Positions 18,478 to 27,144 of a DNA stretch of 64,000 nucleotides are shown here, piece after piece (position 1 is the stretch's first letter; every line of letters starts with the position of its first letter). The stretch comes from Bdellovibrionales bacterium (GTDB taxonomy: Bacteria > Bdellovibrionota > UBA1018). The stretch covers positions 37,460 through 101,459 of the forward strand of contig CANCQK010000009.1 in the NCBI GenBank assembly GCA_947380295.1, in the 5' to 3' direction. The notes beneath the pieces were generated by a model. It did not search any database. It saw nothing but the letters and a program-made list of their open reading frames with translations, and was not told the origin of the DNA. The position numbers and the translations under genes were made by a program.

Positions 18478-19006
18478 AAGGCGTTGGTGTGTTTTCGGTG
18501 CAAAGGTTGACCAGCTGATCCCATGTGAGTCCACTGTTGGCGTGGCTTGCGAAACACGAAAAAGACTCCTCAGAGCTTGAGTTTGCACAAAGGTTGATCC
18601 TTTGATCCAAGGTGATGGGGAAGCCTGCCGTATGGTCGAAGCATTGGATTGGGTAGGTGGTCGTTGCTGTTGTGCAGAGCTTGATGATCTGGTCAAATGT
18701 GATTCCTTTTCCTAAAGAGCTAAAAAAACAGCGTGCTGGAGCGTCGGAGGATGCTGCTTGGCAGAGGGTAATTTGCTGGTCTGCAGTTAAGCCTAGTGGA
18801 TAGGCTTGAGCAAAGCACCTGAGCGGCGCGTCACTTTTTGCGCCTGAGCATAGACGTACCCTTTGCTTAATGGTCAGAGGTAGGCGGCTACTTTCGGTGA
18901 AGCACTCCCACCGATCATTAGTGAGTCCCAGATTTGAAGTCAGGGCTACGGCGATCGTGACCGTGGTCAAGTAGAGAGGCCTTGAGAGTTTCTTTTTTAG
19001 TGCCAT
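18476..19006 (-). CDS. secreted cysteine-repeat protein with five ~29-aa CF...LC repeats
   Basis: It has a signal/TM segment followed by five tandem repeats of the form CF-x(6-8)-[LI]T-x-[DK]Q-x-[IV]-x-LC-x(8-9). I do not recognise the family. Confidence 0.5.
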   Translation of the reverse strand: MALKKKLSRPLYLTTVTIAVALTSNLGLTNDRWECFTESSRLPLTIKQRVRLCSGAKSDAPLRCFAQAYPLGLTADQQITLCQAASSDAPARCFFSSLGKGITFDQIIKLCTTATTTYPIQCFDHTAGFPITLDQRINLCANSSSEESFSCFASHANSGLTWDQLVNLCTENTPTP

Positions 19007-19094
19007 GGTTTGCTTTGATTCCATTCAGGGGGATTCCAGCAAAGATTAGGCCGGCCATAACTTTTCCTGTTCAGTGCGTCTGGTTGAAGATGCG

Positions 19095-20300
19095 TTAAAT
19101 TACTTGTCCTGCAGCCCAGCCCGAGGCCCAGGCCCATTGGAAGTTGTATCCGCCCAGCCAGCCCGTAACGTCGACGACTTCTCCGATGAAATAAAGGCCG
19201 GGAACCTTCTTGGCTTCCATGGTTTTGGATGAAAGCTCGTCTGTGCTTACTCCACCGCGGGTGACTTCCGCCTTGCTGTAGCCTACGGTTCCAGCGGGAC
19301 GAATTTCCCAGCGATGCAGCTTTTCGCAGAATGTTTCGAGGTCTCGATCGCTGATTCTGACTAGAGGTTCATCCCCAGGTAGAGCGAGTTCACAGAGTTT
19401 TTGAGCCAAGCGCGATGGAATCGCTTCGGAAAGTAGGTTTCTCGCGAGAGTTCTGCTTCCCGCTCTTTTTTGATGAGAGAGCCAAGTTAAACTATTTCGG
19501 CCCGGTAAGAAATCGACCCAAATCGATTCTCCTGGGTGCCAATGAAGTGAGGCTTGGAGAGCTGCTGGGCCGCTCAATCCGGCGTGGGTGAATAAAATGT
19601 TTTCTCGAAAAGTAATGGAAGACTTGCAGGTGACTGTGCAGTCTACTGCGAGTCCGCTTAAGTCGCTCCAGGAGTGAGGTCCCTGAGACGGTAGAGTGAA
19701 TCCGTCGAGAGCGGGTGCTGTCGCTACGCAGGTCAATTTAAACTGCTTGGCGATTTGATAGCCCAAGCCTGTGGCTCCGATCTTAGGAATGGAGAGACCG
19801 CCGGTTGCTACGACCAGGCTTTGGCAGGTGAATGTTCCCTTGGCTGATTTAATTTCAAACCTGGGGCGGTCAGACTCTATTTTAGAGATGCTGTCGATTT
19901 TGCAATCTAAAAGGAATTGAACGCCTGCATCGTCACATTCCGATTTTAATAATTTAACAATATCTTGTGCCGTTCGGTCGCAAAAAAGCTGTCCCAGTTT
20001 TTTCTCGTGGAACGGGATTCGATGCTTTTTGATGAGAGTGATAAAATCCTCAGGGGTATATCGCGAAAAAGCCGACTTACAAAAGTGAGAGTTCTCGGAC
20101 ACGTAATTTTGAGCGCTTGCGCCAATATTAGTAAAATTGCAGCGTCCACCGCCAGAAATAAGGATTTTTCCGCCAATTTTTTTCGCATGATCCATGATGA
20201 GAACTTTGCGTCCTCGCTGTCCTGCTTGCATTCCGCACATCATGCCCGCGCCGCCACCGCCGAGGATGATGACGTCAAAATTACTGTGAGAGTGTTCCAT
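19095..20300 (-). CDS. NAD(P)/FAD-dependent oxidoreductase, HI0933/BaiN flavoprotein family
   Basis: It has the FAD-binding motif DVIILGGGGAGMMCG and reads ...GGKILISGGGRCNFTN, which is typical of the TIGR00275 family. Confidence 0.85.
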   Translation of the reverse strand: MEHSHSNFDVIILGGGGAGMMCGMQAGQRGRKVLIMDHAKKIGGKILISGGGRCNFTNIGASAQNYVSENSHFCKSAFSRYTPEDFITLIKKHRIPFHEKKLGQLFCDRTAQDIVKLLKSECDDAGVQFLLDCKIDSISKIESDRPRFEIKSAKGTFTCQSLVVATGGLSIPKIGATGLGYQIAKQFKLTCVATAPALDGFTLPSQGPHSWSDLSGLAVDCTVTCKSSITFRENILFTHAGLSGPAALQASLHWHPGESIWVDFLPGRNSLTWLSHQKRAGSRTLARNLLSEAIPSRLAQKLCELALPGDEPLVRISDRDLETFCEKLHRWEIRPAGTVGYSKAEVTRGGVSTDELSSKTMEAKKVPGLYFIGEVVDVTGWLGGYNFQWAWASGWAAGQVI

Positions 20301-20564
20301 GAACCGGCTTTTAGCATACTTAGTGAGAAAAATGGACTTGGATTAGTAAAATACCTAACAAATAGATAAAATCTGTGGTAGTGTCCCGCAGACTTGGTCT
20401 TTTAAGATCAAGAGGAGTTAAATTCAATTAACGCCTCAATAACGGCTCGATCGGCTGATCTCGTGAAGGTTTTAGAGAAACCTCGGAAATACTCAGCCCA
20501 CCCCAGGCGAGTTAAAATCCGGCTAGAAAAACACTAGTCACTAGTCAAAAGAAACGAGAATGTT

Positions 20565-22079
20565 TTGCAATCCTTTCAAGAACTCAATGTTAGTGCTCCA
20601 TTATTACAAGCGATCCAGGAACTCGGATACGTTACCCCTAGTCCTATTCAAGCCCAAGCGCTGCCTATCCTTCTGGGCGCACCAACCGATTTTTTGGGTT
20701 TGGCTGCTACTGGAACGGGTAAGACTGCCGCTTTCGCAATTCCTTTGATTGAGCGGATTGATCCTTCGATCCACGCTGTTCAGGCAATAGTGCTTTGCCC
20801 GACTCGTGAATTGGCCATTCAGGTCGCTCAGCAGATTGACCTCATCGGTAAGATTAAGGGCGTCAAAGCCCTTCCAGTCTACGGTGGCGCAGGCTACGGC
20901 GATCAGCTGAAAGGCCTCAAGAGAGGTCCTGCTGTTGTCGTTGGAACCCCGGGACGTATCGTCGATCACTTAGATCGTGGCACCATGAAGCTCGATCAGG
21001 TCGAGCTAGTCGTTTTAGATGAAGCTGACGAAATGATTTCCATGGGCTTTAAAGAAGATTTAGAATTTATTCTGGGACATGTTCCTCCGGGGATGTCTAA
21101 TACTTGGCTTTTCTCAGCAACAATGAGCCCGGGTGTCCGAAAAGTAGCAGACGAGTACCTTCGTCAACCACAGCAAGTCCAGGTGAATCGGACTGAGATG
21201 CTCCCTGCCACGATTGAGCAACTCTACTTTTGCACTCAAGAGTCCAATAAGCCTGAGATTCTTTGTAAGTTGATTGAATCTGCAGACGCTTTCTACGGGA
21301 TTATTTTCTGTCAGACGAAAAGTCTCGTGATTGATCTCACTCAATACCTCCGCGGACGGAGCTATTCTGTCGACTGTTTGCATGGTGACATGGATCAGTC
21401 TGCACGTGAGCGAGTGATGAAGTCTTTTCGCGATAAGAAAGTGAACGTCCTGGTGTGTACCGATGTTGCTTCTCGCGGTCTAGACGTTCAAGGGATTACC
21501 CATGTTTTGAATTACTCGATTCCACGAGAAATGGACTCTTATGTCCATCGAATTGGTCGTACTGGACGAAGTGGTCAGTCTGGTTTTGCAATGAGTCTTG
21601 TGACCCCTGCACAGCGTGGGCTCATTCATCGGATTGAGAAATTCACTCAGCGAAAAATGAAGGAAGGTAAGATTCCTACTCGCAAAGAAGTTGCGATGAG
21701 AAAAGTAGGTAATCTTGTTGAGCCTTTCCGTGGCCAAGTTAATTTCCCTAAAGCGATTGATCTTTTGGATGCTAGTTGGAAAGAGGAACTTGCTGGAAAA
21801 ACTGTTGAAGAAATTACAGGACGATTCCTTTGCCTGCTTTATCCGGAACTTTTTGCTGCTGATCGTGCCAAAGAAAAAGAAGAAAGTGCTCAACCTCAGC
21901 AATTTTCGATTCAGCGCAACTCTGAACGTGATGGTGGTGGTCGCTCTAGCCGTCCGGATCGACGCGACCGTGATCGTCAACCCGGTGGCGAAGGTCGTGA
22001 TCGACGCGGTGGTGACTCCCGATCAGCTAAACCTCACCGTGGACACCGCGGTTTTGGACGCGGCCCAAAAAGAAGCTAG
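20565..22079 (+). CDS. DEAD-box ATP-dependent RNA helicase with an Arg/Gly/Asp-rich C-terminal tail
   Basis: It carries the Q-motif, AATGTGKT, DEAD, SAT and HRIGRTGR motifs. The C-terminus is GGGRSSRPDRRDRDRQPGGEGRDRRGG... Confidence 0.92.
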   Translation: MQSFQELNVSAPLLQAIQELGYVTPSPIQAQALPILLGAPTDFLGLAATGTGKTAAFAIPLIERIDPSIHAVQAIVLCPTRELAIQVAQQIDLIGKIKGVKALPVYGGAGYGDQLKGLKRGPAVVVGTPGRIVDHLDRGTMKLDQVELVVLDEADEMISMGFKEDLEFILGHVPPGMSNTWLFSATMSPGVRKVADEYLRQPQQVQVNRTEMLPATIEQLYFCTQESNKPEILCKLIESADAFYGIIFCQTKSLVIDLTQYLRGRSYSVDCLHGDMDQSARERVMKSFRDKKVNVLVCTDVASRGLDVQGITHVLNYSIPREMDSYVHRIGRTGRSGQSGFAMSLVTPAQRGLIHRIEKFTQRKMKEGKIPTRKEVAMRKVGNLVEPFRGQVNFPKAIDLLDASWKEELAGKTVEEITGRFLCLLYPELFAADRAKEKEESAQPQQFSIQRNSERDGGGRSSRPDRRDRDRQPGGEGRDRRGGDSRSAKPHRGHRGFGRGPKRS

Positions 22080-22103
22080 TTTTTATTAAGTTCAATGGGT
22101 GAA

Positions 22104-22136
22104 GCCATAAATGGAAGCAGAGCTTCCGTTTATGGC
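22104..22136. terminator. bidirectional hairpin terminator between the convergent helicase and motB-like genes
   Basis: gccataaatggaagc-aga-gcttccgtttatggc forms a 15-bp stem with one G-U pair. It overlaps the motB-like stop codon. Confidence 0.6.
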
Positions 22137-22918
22137 GTGCCCAGGGGCTCGATAGTCAGGGTGACTCTTCTGGCGAGTGGATTACCTCGATCATTTGTAT
22201 GATTTTGCGTCGATTTTTTCGCCTTTTTCTCCATATTTGTATTTTCAGTTTTAGGTGAATTTTTCCCGTAGTTTGATTCTCCAAAGCCTGCCAGTCGAAT
22301 TCGATTGAGGGGGATGCCGAGTCCAGTGAGATACTCGGCCGTGTGGAGAGCACGAATCGTAGAGAGCTCGAGATTATTCTTATAGTCCACATGAAAGCTT
22401 CTTACGGGTTTGTCGTCTGTGAAGGCACGAATTAGAATCTGGTATTCTGAGGCAAACGGTTTGAATGCGGGAGCAAACTGACGCAGCGCGGATTTGCCTT
22501 TATCGCTCAGTTGGGTGCTCGCAAATTTAAAAAATGAAATTTGTTCGAAGTTAATCACCATTTGAGAACCGATCGGTTCTACAGACCAGGTGGTGGGTTG
22601 TTTTTTTACATTTTGCGTGTTTTGGATGAGTTGATCATCCGGTCTTCTTTCTGTAACCGGACGCACAGGAGTTGCAACCTTCGGGTGTGCAGCGTGTTCA
22701 AGCTTTGTTTTCAACTGGAGCATGAGATCCTGCTTGAGGCGATGAGTAGTATCGCCTTGACCACCCGACGTTGCACTGAAAAACAGGATAAAAAAAGTAA
22801 CCAGGAGAGTGATCATATCTCCATAGGAAATGGCCCAGCTCCCGTCAGTATCTGCCTCAATTGACTCCTCAATGTGCAGGTGCCTCCGGCTTAAAGTCCC
22901 TCCCTGGATTCTGCTCAT
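22130..22918 (-). CDS. MotB-like protein with an OmpA-type peptidoglycan-binding C-terminal domain
   Basis: It has an N-terminal TM with a conserved Asp (YGDMITLLVTFF) and a C-terminal OmpA-like domain (...ALHTAEYL...RIRLAGFGES). Its stop overlaps the motA-like start by 4 bp. Confidence 0.8.
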   Translation of the reverse strand: MSRIQGGTLSRRHLHIEESIEADTDGSWAISYGDMITLLVTFFILFFSATSGGQGDTTHRLKQDLMLQLKTKLEHAAHPKVATPVRPVTERRPDDQLIQNTQNVKKQPTTWSVEPIGSQMVINFEQISFFKFASTQLSDKGKSALRQFAPAFKPFASEYQILIRAFTDDKPVRSFHVDYKNNLELSTIRALHTAEYLTGLGIPLNRIRLAGFGESNYGKNSPKTENTNMEKKAKKSTQNHTNDRGNPLARRVTLTIEPLGTP

Positions 22919-23727
22919 GCCGCTTCTCCCGATGGGCTTGCATCAGTTTTCCAACTCTTACGATCCTGAGGTTCAAAGTGAGAGTTCAGGATTTCAAGTG
23001 CCTCGAAAATAGGAGTGCGTTCACAGGCAAGGATAATACTCTCTAAAGCAAATTCGCCCTCTTGCTTCTCTTCCATTGCTACCTTGAGAATTCGTTCACC
23101 CGCAGGTCCAATGACTAGATTCGCGAACAAAATGCCATAGAAAGTAGCAATCAGGGCAACTCCCATTCTCATTCCAACTTCTCGGGGGTCGCGCGATTCA
23201 CCCAAGCTTCTCATGAGGCTAACTAGACCAAGAATCGTTCCCATGAGTCCGAAGGCTGGAGGATACTTGGAGAGGCCTCTCAGGGTTTGAGCAAGCTGTG
23301 AGCTGCGCTGATAGTGTTTCTGGATTCGCTCAACTAAGATTTGTTCGATCAGATCTCGTGAAAAACCCAAGGTGATGAGGTCGTAGCCTTCTTTGAGTAA
23401 TTGCGCAAAATAGTCCTGTCTGTGAGAAGGGACCTTCTCGTCGTTAAAAGAAACCGCATGACGTCCCTCGACCGCCTCAACTAATTTAAAACCTTGATCG
23501 AGTAAAACCTTGTGATCCCGAGAGCCCAGCCAAAACACTCGCCAAAAGAGTCTCAACAGCTCCGGATAAGAGCGAGCAGGAATAGTCATTGCCGTAACCG
23601 CGATCGTACCTCCAAGCACCATGCTCAGGGCAATTACGTCAAAATAGTTGCTTGCTTCTTGATGAAGGTGGAAAATTGAAAAAACGATGCTGAAAAAAGC
23701 GATCAAGAGGCCAAGGATATAGCTCAT
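22915..23727 (-). CDS. MotA/TolQ/ExbB family proton-channel protein
   Basis: 270 aa with multiple TM helices and a C-terminal region typical of MotA/TolQ (...LVSLMRSLGE...GMRMGVALIATFYGILFANLV...). Confidence 0.8.
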   Translation of the reverse strand: MSYILGLLIAFFSIVFSIFHLHQEASNYFDVIALSMVLGGTIAVTAMTIPARSYPELLRLFWRVFWLGSRDHKVLLDQGFKLVEAVEGRHAVSFNDEKVPSHRQDYFAQLLKEGYDLITLGFSRDLIEQILVERIQKHYQRSSQLAQTLRGLSKYPPAFGLMGTILGLVSLMRSLGESRDPREVGMRMGVALIATFYGILFANLVIGPAGERILKVAMEEKQEGEFALESIILACERTPIFEALEILNSHFEPQDRKSWKTDASPSGEAA

Positions 23728-24431
23728 TAATTAGCTCCTTTGGCTCGCTCCGGCCGAGTGGCCGTATCGAAGTCTGAAAGTTTTTCAACCATTCTGGATA
23801 CGATCCGGTTTTCGGGTTGAATGAATTGAGCCTTTTTGTAGTAATCCAGCGCCTGCTTATAGTCTTTTTGGAGGTAGTAAGTGTTTGCTAGCAGGATGTA
23901 GAGCGTGGGAATGCCCGTGAAACGAGTGATTAAGGTTTTTAGGAGATTTTGCCCTTCAGTATATTCTTTTTTCATCAGTAACTTTTGGGACTCAGCTACG
24001 CCCTGAGCAATATCGTTGAGTTGATTGTCTTGGAGTTGGCAAGTTTGAGCGATTTTGAGTTCTTTGAGGTGGATGGAGAGCTTGGAGTTAGGGCCAAGGT
24101 TGTTACTGGGAATGATGAGAAGCTCGGGTGTGTAGCCGTCCTTAGTAAACTCAATCTGAGCATTGTTCATGAACACCTCAGGGTGCTCAGCGCTTTTGAT
24201 GTTCAGTGGAGTTTTCCCGAGTGAAATGGGAGACTCTCCTGGGCGGATTAAGGACATTTCTGCGGCTACTGGGTCAGAATCGAAACGGACCTGAGAGGTG
24301 GAGCAGGCTGAGACCATTAATGTCATTCCTGCAATCCAGACCCAACCGGATTCTCGCAGTGCAGAGGTTCTCTGCGGTGTTTTCGCCAGAGATTTCTTTT
24401 CCCGATTGATTTTGGGGGTAATTGACATCAT
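23727..24431 (-). CDS. TPR-repeat lipoprotein co-transcribed with the motA/motB-like pair
   Basis: It has a lipobox (LMVSAC) after the signal segment and C-terminal TPR-like repeats (LLANTYYLQKDYKQALDYYKKAQ). Its stop overlaps the motA-like start by 1 bp. Confidence 0.6.
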   Translation of the reverse strand: MMSITPKINREKKSLAKTPQRTSALRESGWVWIAGMTLMVSACSTSQVRFDSDPVAAEMSLIRPGESPISLGKTPLNIKSAEHPEVFMNNAQIEFTKDGYTPELLIIPSNNLGPNSKLSIHLKELKIAQTCQLQDNQLNDIAQGVAESQKLLMKKEYTEGQNLLKTLITRFTGIPTLYILLANTYYLQKDYKQALDYYKKAQFIQPENRIVSRMVEKLSDFDTATRPERAKGAN

Positions 24432-24637
24432 TTCTTCTGCTCTCCCGTTATGGGACTTGTCGACCCATTTAAGGTTGTTCTTTAGTTATTTTACCCGAAT
24501 TTTGACTCAGTCTTGATCGTGATTGGTGCCAGGAGTTTGACTGGGGTGAGTTCGTAGAAAATCGGGACTAGAAATTGGGTGCAGTTTAGGGTAGATGTGG
24601 GGTTTCTTAGAAAATTTTGAAATAAGGATTTTGAGTT

Positions 24638-24850
24638 ATGACAACAGAAACACAAACCCAGGCAGCAGGTCAGCAAAACAAAGGCGCTCAATTGAATGCT
24701 CGACGCAAAAAGAAAGCTGAAGGTCGCAAAAAGCGCGTCCTCAAGTTGCAATCAGACCGCGCTGTGGCTAAAACTTACTTTGACAGCAAAGCTAAGCGTG
24801 CTGCTGACAAAAAATCAGCTTTCCGCAAGAAAAAGACCAGAAAGAAGTAA
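24638..24850 (+). CDS. small lysine-rich basic protein (histone H1/Hc1-like composition)
   Basis: 70 aa, very K/R/A-rich (e.g. RRKKKAEGRKKRVLK... and KKSAFRKKKTRKK). A good RBS (taaggatt) sits upstream. It lies 3 nt before the next gene. Confidence 0.5.
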   Translation: MTTETQTQAAGQQNKGAQLNARRKKKAEGRKKRVLKLQSDRAVAKTYFDSKAKRAADKKSAFRKKKTRKK

Positions 24851-24853
24851 TTC

Positions 24854-25390
24854 ATGCGCTTAAATGAGGCTGCAGAGTCCTTGGCCAAGTGGGTGGCAGG
24901 ACCCTTAGCTAAAAAGGTACCTTCGAAGTATCGGGATACTTTTTACCTCAGGGCGTTTGGGCTGCTTAAGGTCCCAGTTCTTTTTTTCATCTCCCCGTCG
25001 GTGATGGAGCTTTCAGAAGCGCGGTGCGTGGTGAAGGTCCCTCTGAACAAGAGGACCAAGAACCACCTCAACTCCATGTATTTTGGGGTACTCGCCGCTG
25101 GCGCAGACTGCGCGGGCGGCTTGATCGCGATGCGTCAAATTCAAGAAGAAGGCAATTTGGTCTCCTTAGTTTTTAAGGACTTCCAGGCCAGCTTTCTGAA
25201 ACGTGCTGAAGGCGATGTGCTTTTTACCTGCGAAGATGGCGAAGCCATCCGTAAGCTAGTCCAAAAGGCAACCGAGTCAGGTGAACGTGAAAATATGCCT
25301 GTCCGCGTAACAGCCACGGTACCTTCTAAGCTGGGCTCCGAACCAGTGGCCGAATTTACCCTGACTCTTTCGCTAAAGCGTAAAAAATAG
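24854..25390 (+). CDS. DUF4442-like (hotdog/thioesterase-fold) protein
   Basis: 178 aa. The motif pattern (...YFGVLAAGADCAGGLIAM...LFTCEDGEAIRKL...) resembles DUF4442. I assigned it from memory. Confidence 0.45.
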   Translation: MRLNEAAESLAKWVAGPLAKKVPSKYRDTFYLRAFGLLKVPVLFFISPSVMELSEARCVVKVPLNKRTKNHLNSMYFGVLAAGADCAGGLIAMRQIQEEGNLVSLVFKDFQASFLKRAEGDVLFTCEDGEAIRKLVQKATESGERENMPVRVTATVPSKLGSEPVAEFTLTLSLKRKK

Positions 25391-25418
25391 CTTCTTTTAA
25401 CAGGGATTAAGAAAACAA

Positions 25419-25449
25419 AGGGCTCCGGCAAAACCGGGGCCTTTTTTTT
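25419..25449 (+). terminator. rho-independent terminator
   Basis: gggctccgg-caaaa-ccggggcc is followed by T8. It sits immediately after the 24854..25390 gene. Confidence 0.75.
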
Positions 25450-25532
25450 GCCCAAATTGTCCAGAGTGAAGGAAAATGCTGTGGATCTCTAAAGATTTGG
25501 ATCCCGCGCCGCTCCGTCAAACTTATCCAAAC

Positions 25533-26198
25533 CTATCCACATAGCAATTGGTGTTGACTTCCTGTTTCCACGATGCTGGTTACAAAAACCGGATATACCG
25601 ATCTTCGCAGAGCCGTCATCTCCGCAGGCGTAATTTCCCGAAGAGCTTTCGGTACTGGATTTAAATTCATTGCAGCATTCAGGTCTCGGTCCATCGTGAG
25701 GCCACACTCACACCTGTAGGTCCGTTCGGATAAGCTCAGAGCTTCCTTCACGTCTCCGCAGCTACTGCATTTTTTAGAGGATGGGAAAAAGCGTGGATGA
25801 ATCATGACTGCAGCCCCTCGCCACTCAGCTTTATAGGTCAGTTGCCTACGAAACTCTCCCAGGCCCACATAGAATGAGTCGTGAGATTTACCCTTCTTTT
25901 TGAATCTGGGTTTGCCGCCCAGCTTTTTAAAAAATCGCTTCCAAGCACCTTGTAAGTCCAAAAAGGGCTGCTGAGATGCATACTTGGTGACCTCGTAGGT
26001 CCAGGGAAACTCAGATTCCTTGATCGCGTTGAATTGCTTTTTGAGAGCCATACCCGAGGGCTTCTGGCCAGACTTGAACTGCTGATCCCACTCCGCCAAT
26101 CCCCAATTCCATGCAAAACGAGCCACACCACAGGCCTTTTTGAAGTAGGTCATCTGGGTGTTGTTGGCTTTCAATTTGATTTTGTGGGCGATTTGCAT
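25533..26198 (-). mobile_element. tnpB: IS200/IS605-family tnpB (OrfB) with an in-frame internal deletion; degenerate, and predicted nuclease-dead
   Basis: The N-terminus (KIKLKANNTQ...ACGVARFAWNWGLAEW...GKPRFKKKGKSHDSFYV) matches the TnpB N-terminus up to the FPKFKKKG block. It then joins directly to the C-terminus (GLGEFRRQLTYKAEW...SSKKCSSCG...YRCECGLTMDRDLNAAMNL), which is the zinc finger plus RuvC-III. The roughly 170 aa covering RuvC-I/II are absent. Confidence 0.75.
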
Positions 26199-26512
26199 AA
26201 AGAGTTTTGCTTGGTCAGTTAAAGTCTCAACCTGCGAAAAACTAACTCCGCAAAAAACTAAAAGCAAGCGCCTCTCAGGAGACGTCCCACTTAATTTGCG
26301 ACTTTTTTGCGAAGTGTCCGACTTTCGGTCGCTCCATCACAATTGCTCTCTTTTGGACCGCTTTATATGGCGCTGGGTTAACATAATATTCGTCGATCTT
26401 AGGTCCCAACCAGAGCTCTGCTCAAAACTTACTCATTTTGATCAATTTTAGATAGGTTTAGATAGGTTTTATAGGAACTGTTTCTAACCCCAAAAGCATT
26501 TTCTGAAGCGCT

Positions 26513-27136
26513 TTATTTGGGGAGTCTCGCTAGAAAGTCGTCCCTCGAAATTACTTTTGCGCCCAACTTTTCCATATGCGGAGTCATCACTTGAATATCC
26601 ATCCAAGTCAGTCCCTGGGCTTGAAGGAACTTAACGAGATGGAGAAGGGCGATCTTCGAGGCATTGGGAGCCCGATGAAACATGCTCTCTGCGGAGAAGA
26701 CGCCGTTTACGAGCACGCCATAGATTCCACCCATGAGAGTCTGATCCTGCCACACCTCAACGCTGTGGGCGTAGCCGAGTTCATGAAACCGGGAGTATGC
26801 CCTGAGCATCTCTGGAGTAATCCAAGTCCCCTCCTGGCCAGGCCGAGGGGCGTCTGCGCAGGCGAGGATGACTTGTTGAAACGCTCGGTTTAAGGTGAGA
26901 CGAAATAGGGTCGTTCGGATCGCCTTCTTGAGCGAGCGAGGGATGTGAATCTGACCGAATTCAAGAATCGCACGCTCGGGCGGACAAAACCAGGCGAGTG
27001 GAAGCCCATCGATTGGCCAGGGGAAAAGTCCTGATCGATAAGCAAGGAGAAGGCTTTCTGGTTCAAGGTCTCCTCCTAGGGCAACAATTCCTTCAGGTGT
27101 CGATTCGCGGGGGTCTGGAAATCTCAGGATAGCCAT
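26513..27136 (-). CDS. aat: leucyl/phenylalanyl-tRNA--protein transferase
   Basis: GGDLEPESLLLAYRSGLFPWP...EGTWITPEMLRAYSRFHELGYAHSVEVW...GGIYGV...SAESMFHRAPNASKIALL aligns with E. coli Aat. I chose the start at Met28 of the ORF so that it does not overlap otsA. Confidence 0.88.
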   Translation of the reverse strand: MAILRFPDPRESTPEGIVALGGDLEPESLLLAYRSGLFPWPIDGLPLAWFCPPERAILEFGQIHIPRSLKKAIRTTLFRLTLNRAFQQVILACADAPRPGQEGTWITPEMLRAYSRFHELGYAHSVEVWQDQTLMGGIYGVLVNGVFSAESMFHRAPNASKIALLHLVKFLQAQGLTWMDIQVMTPHMEKLGAKVISRDDFLARLPK

Positions 27137-27144
27137 TTTCGTTT

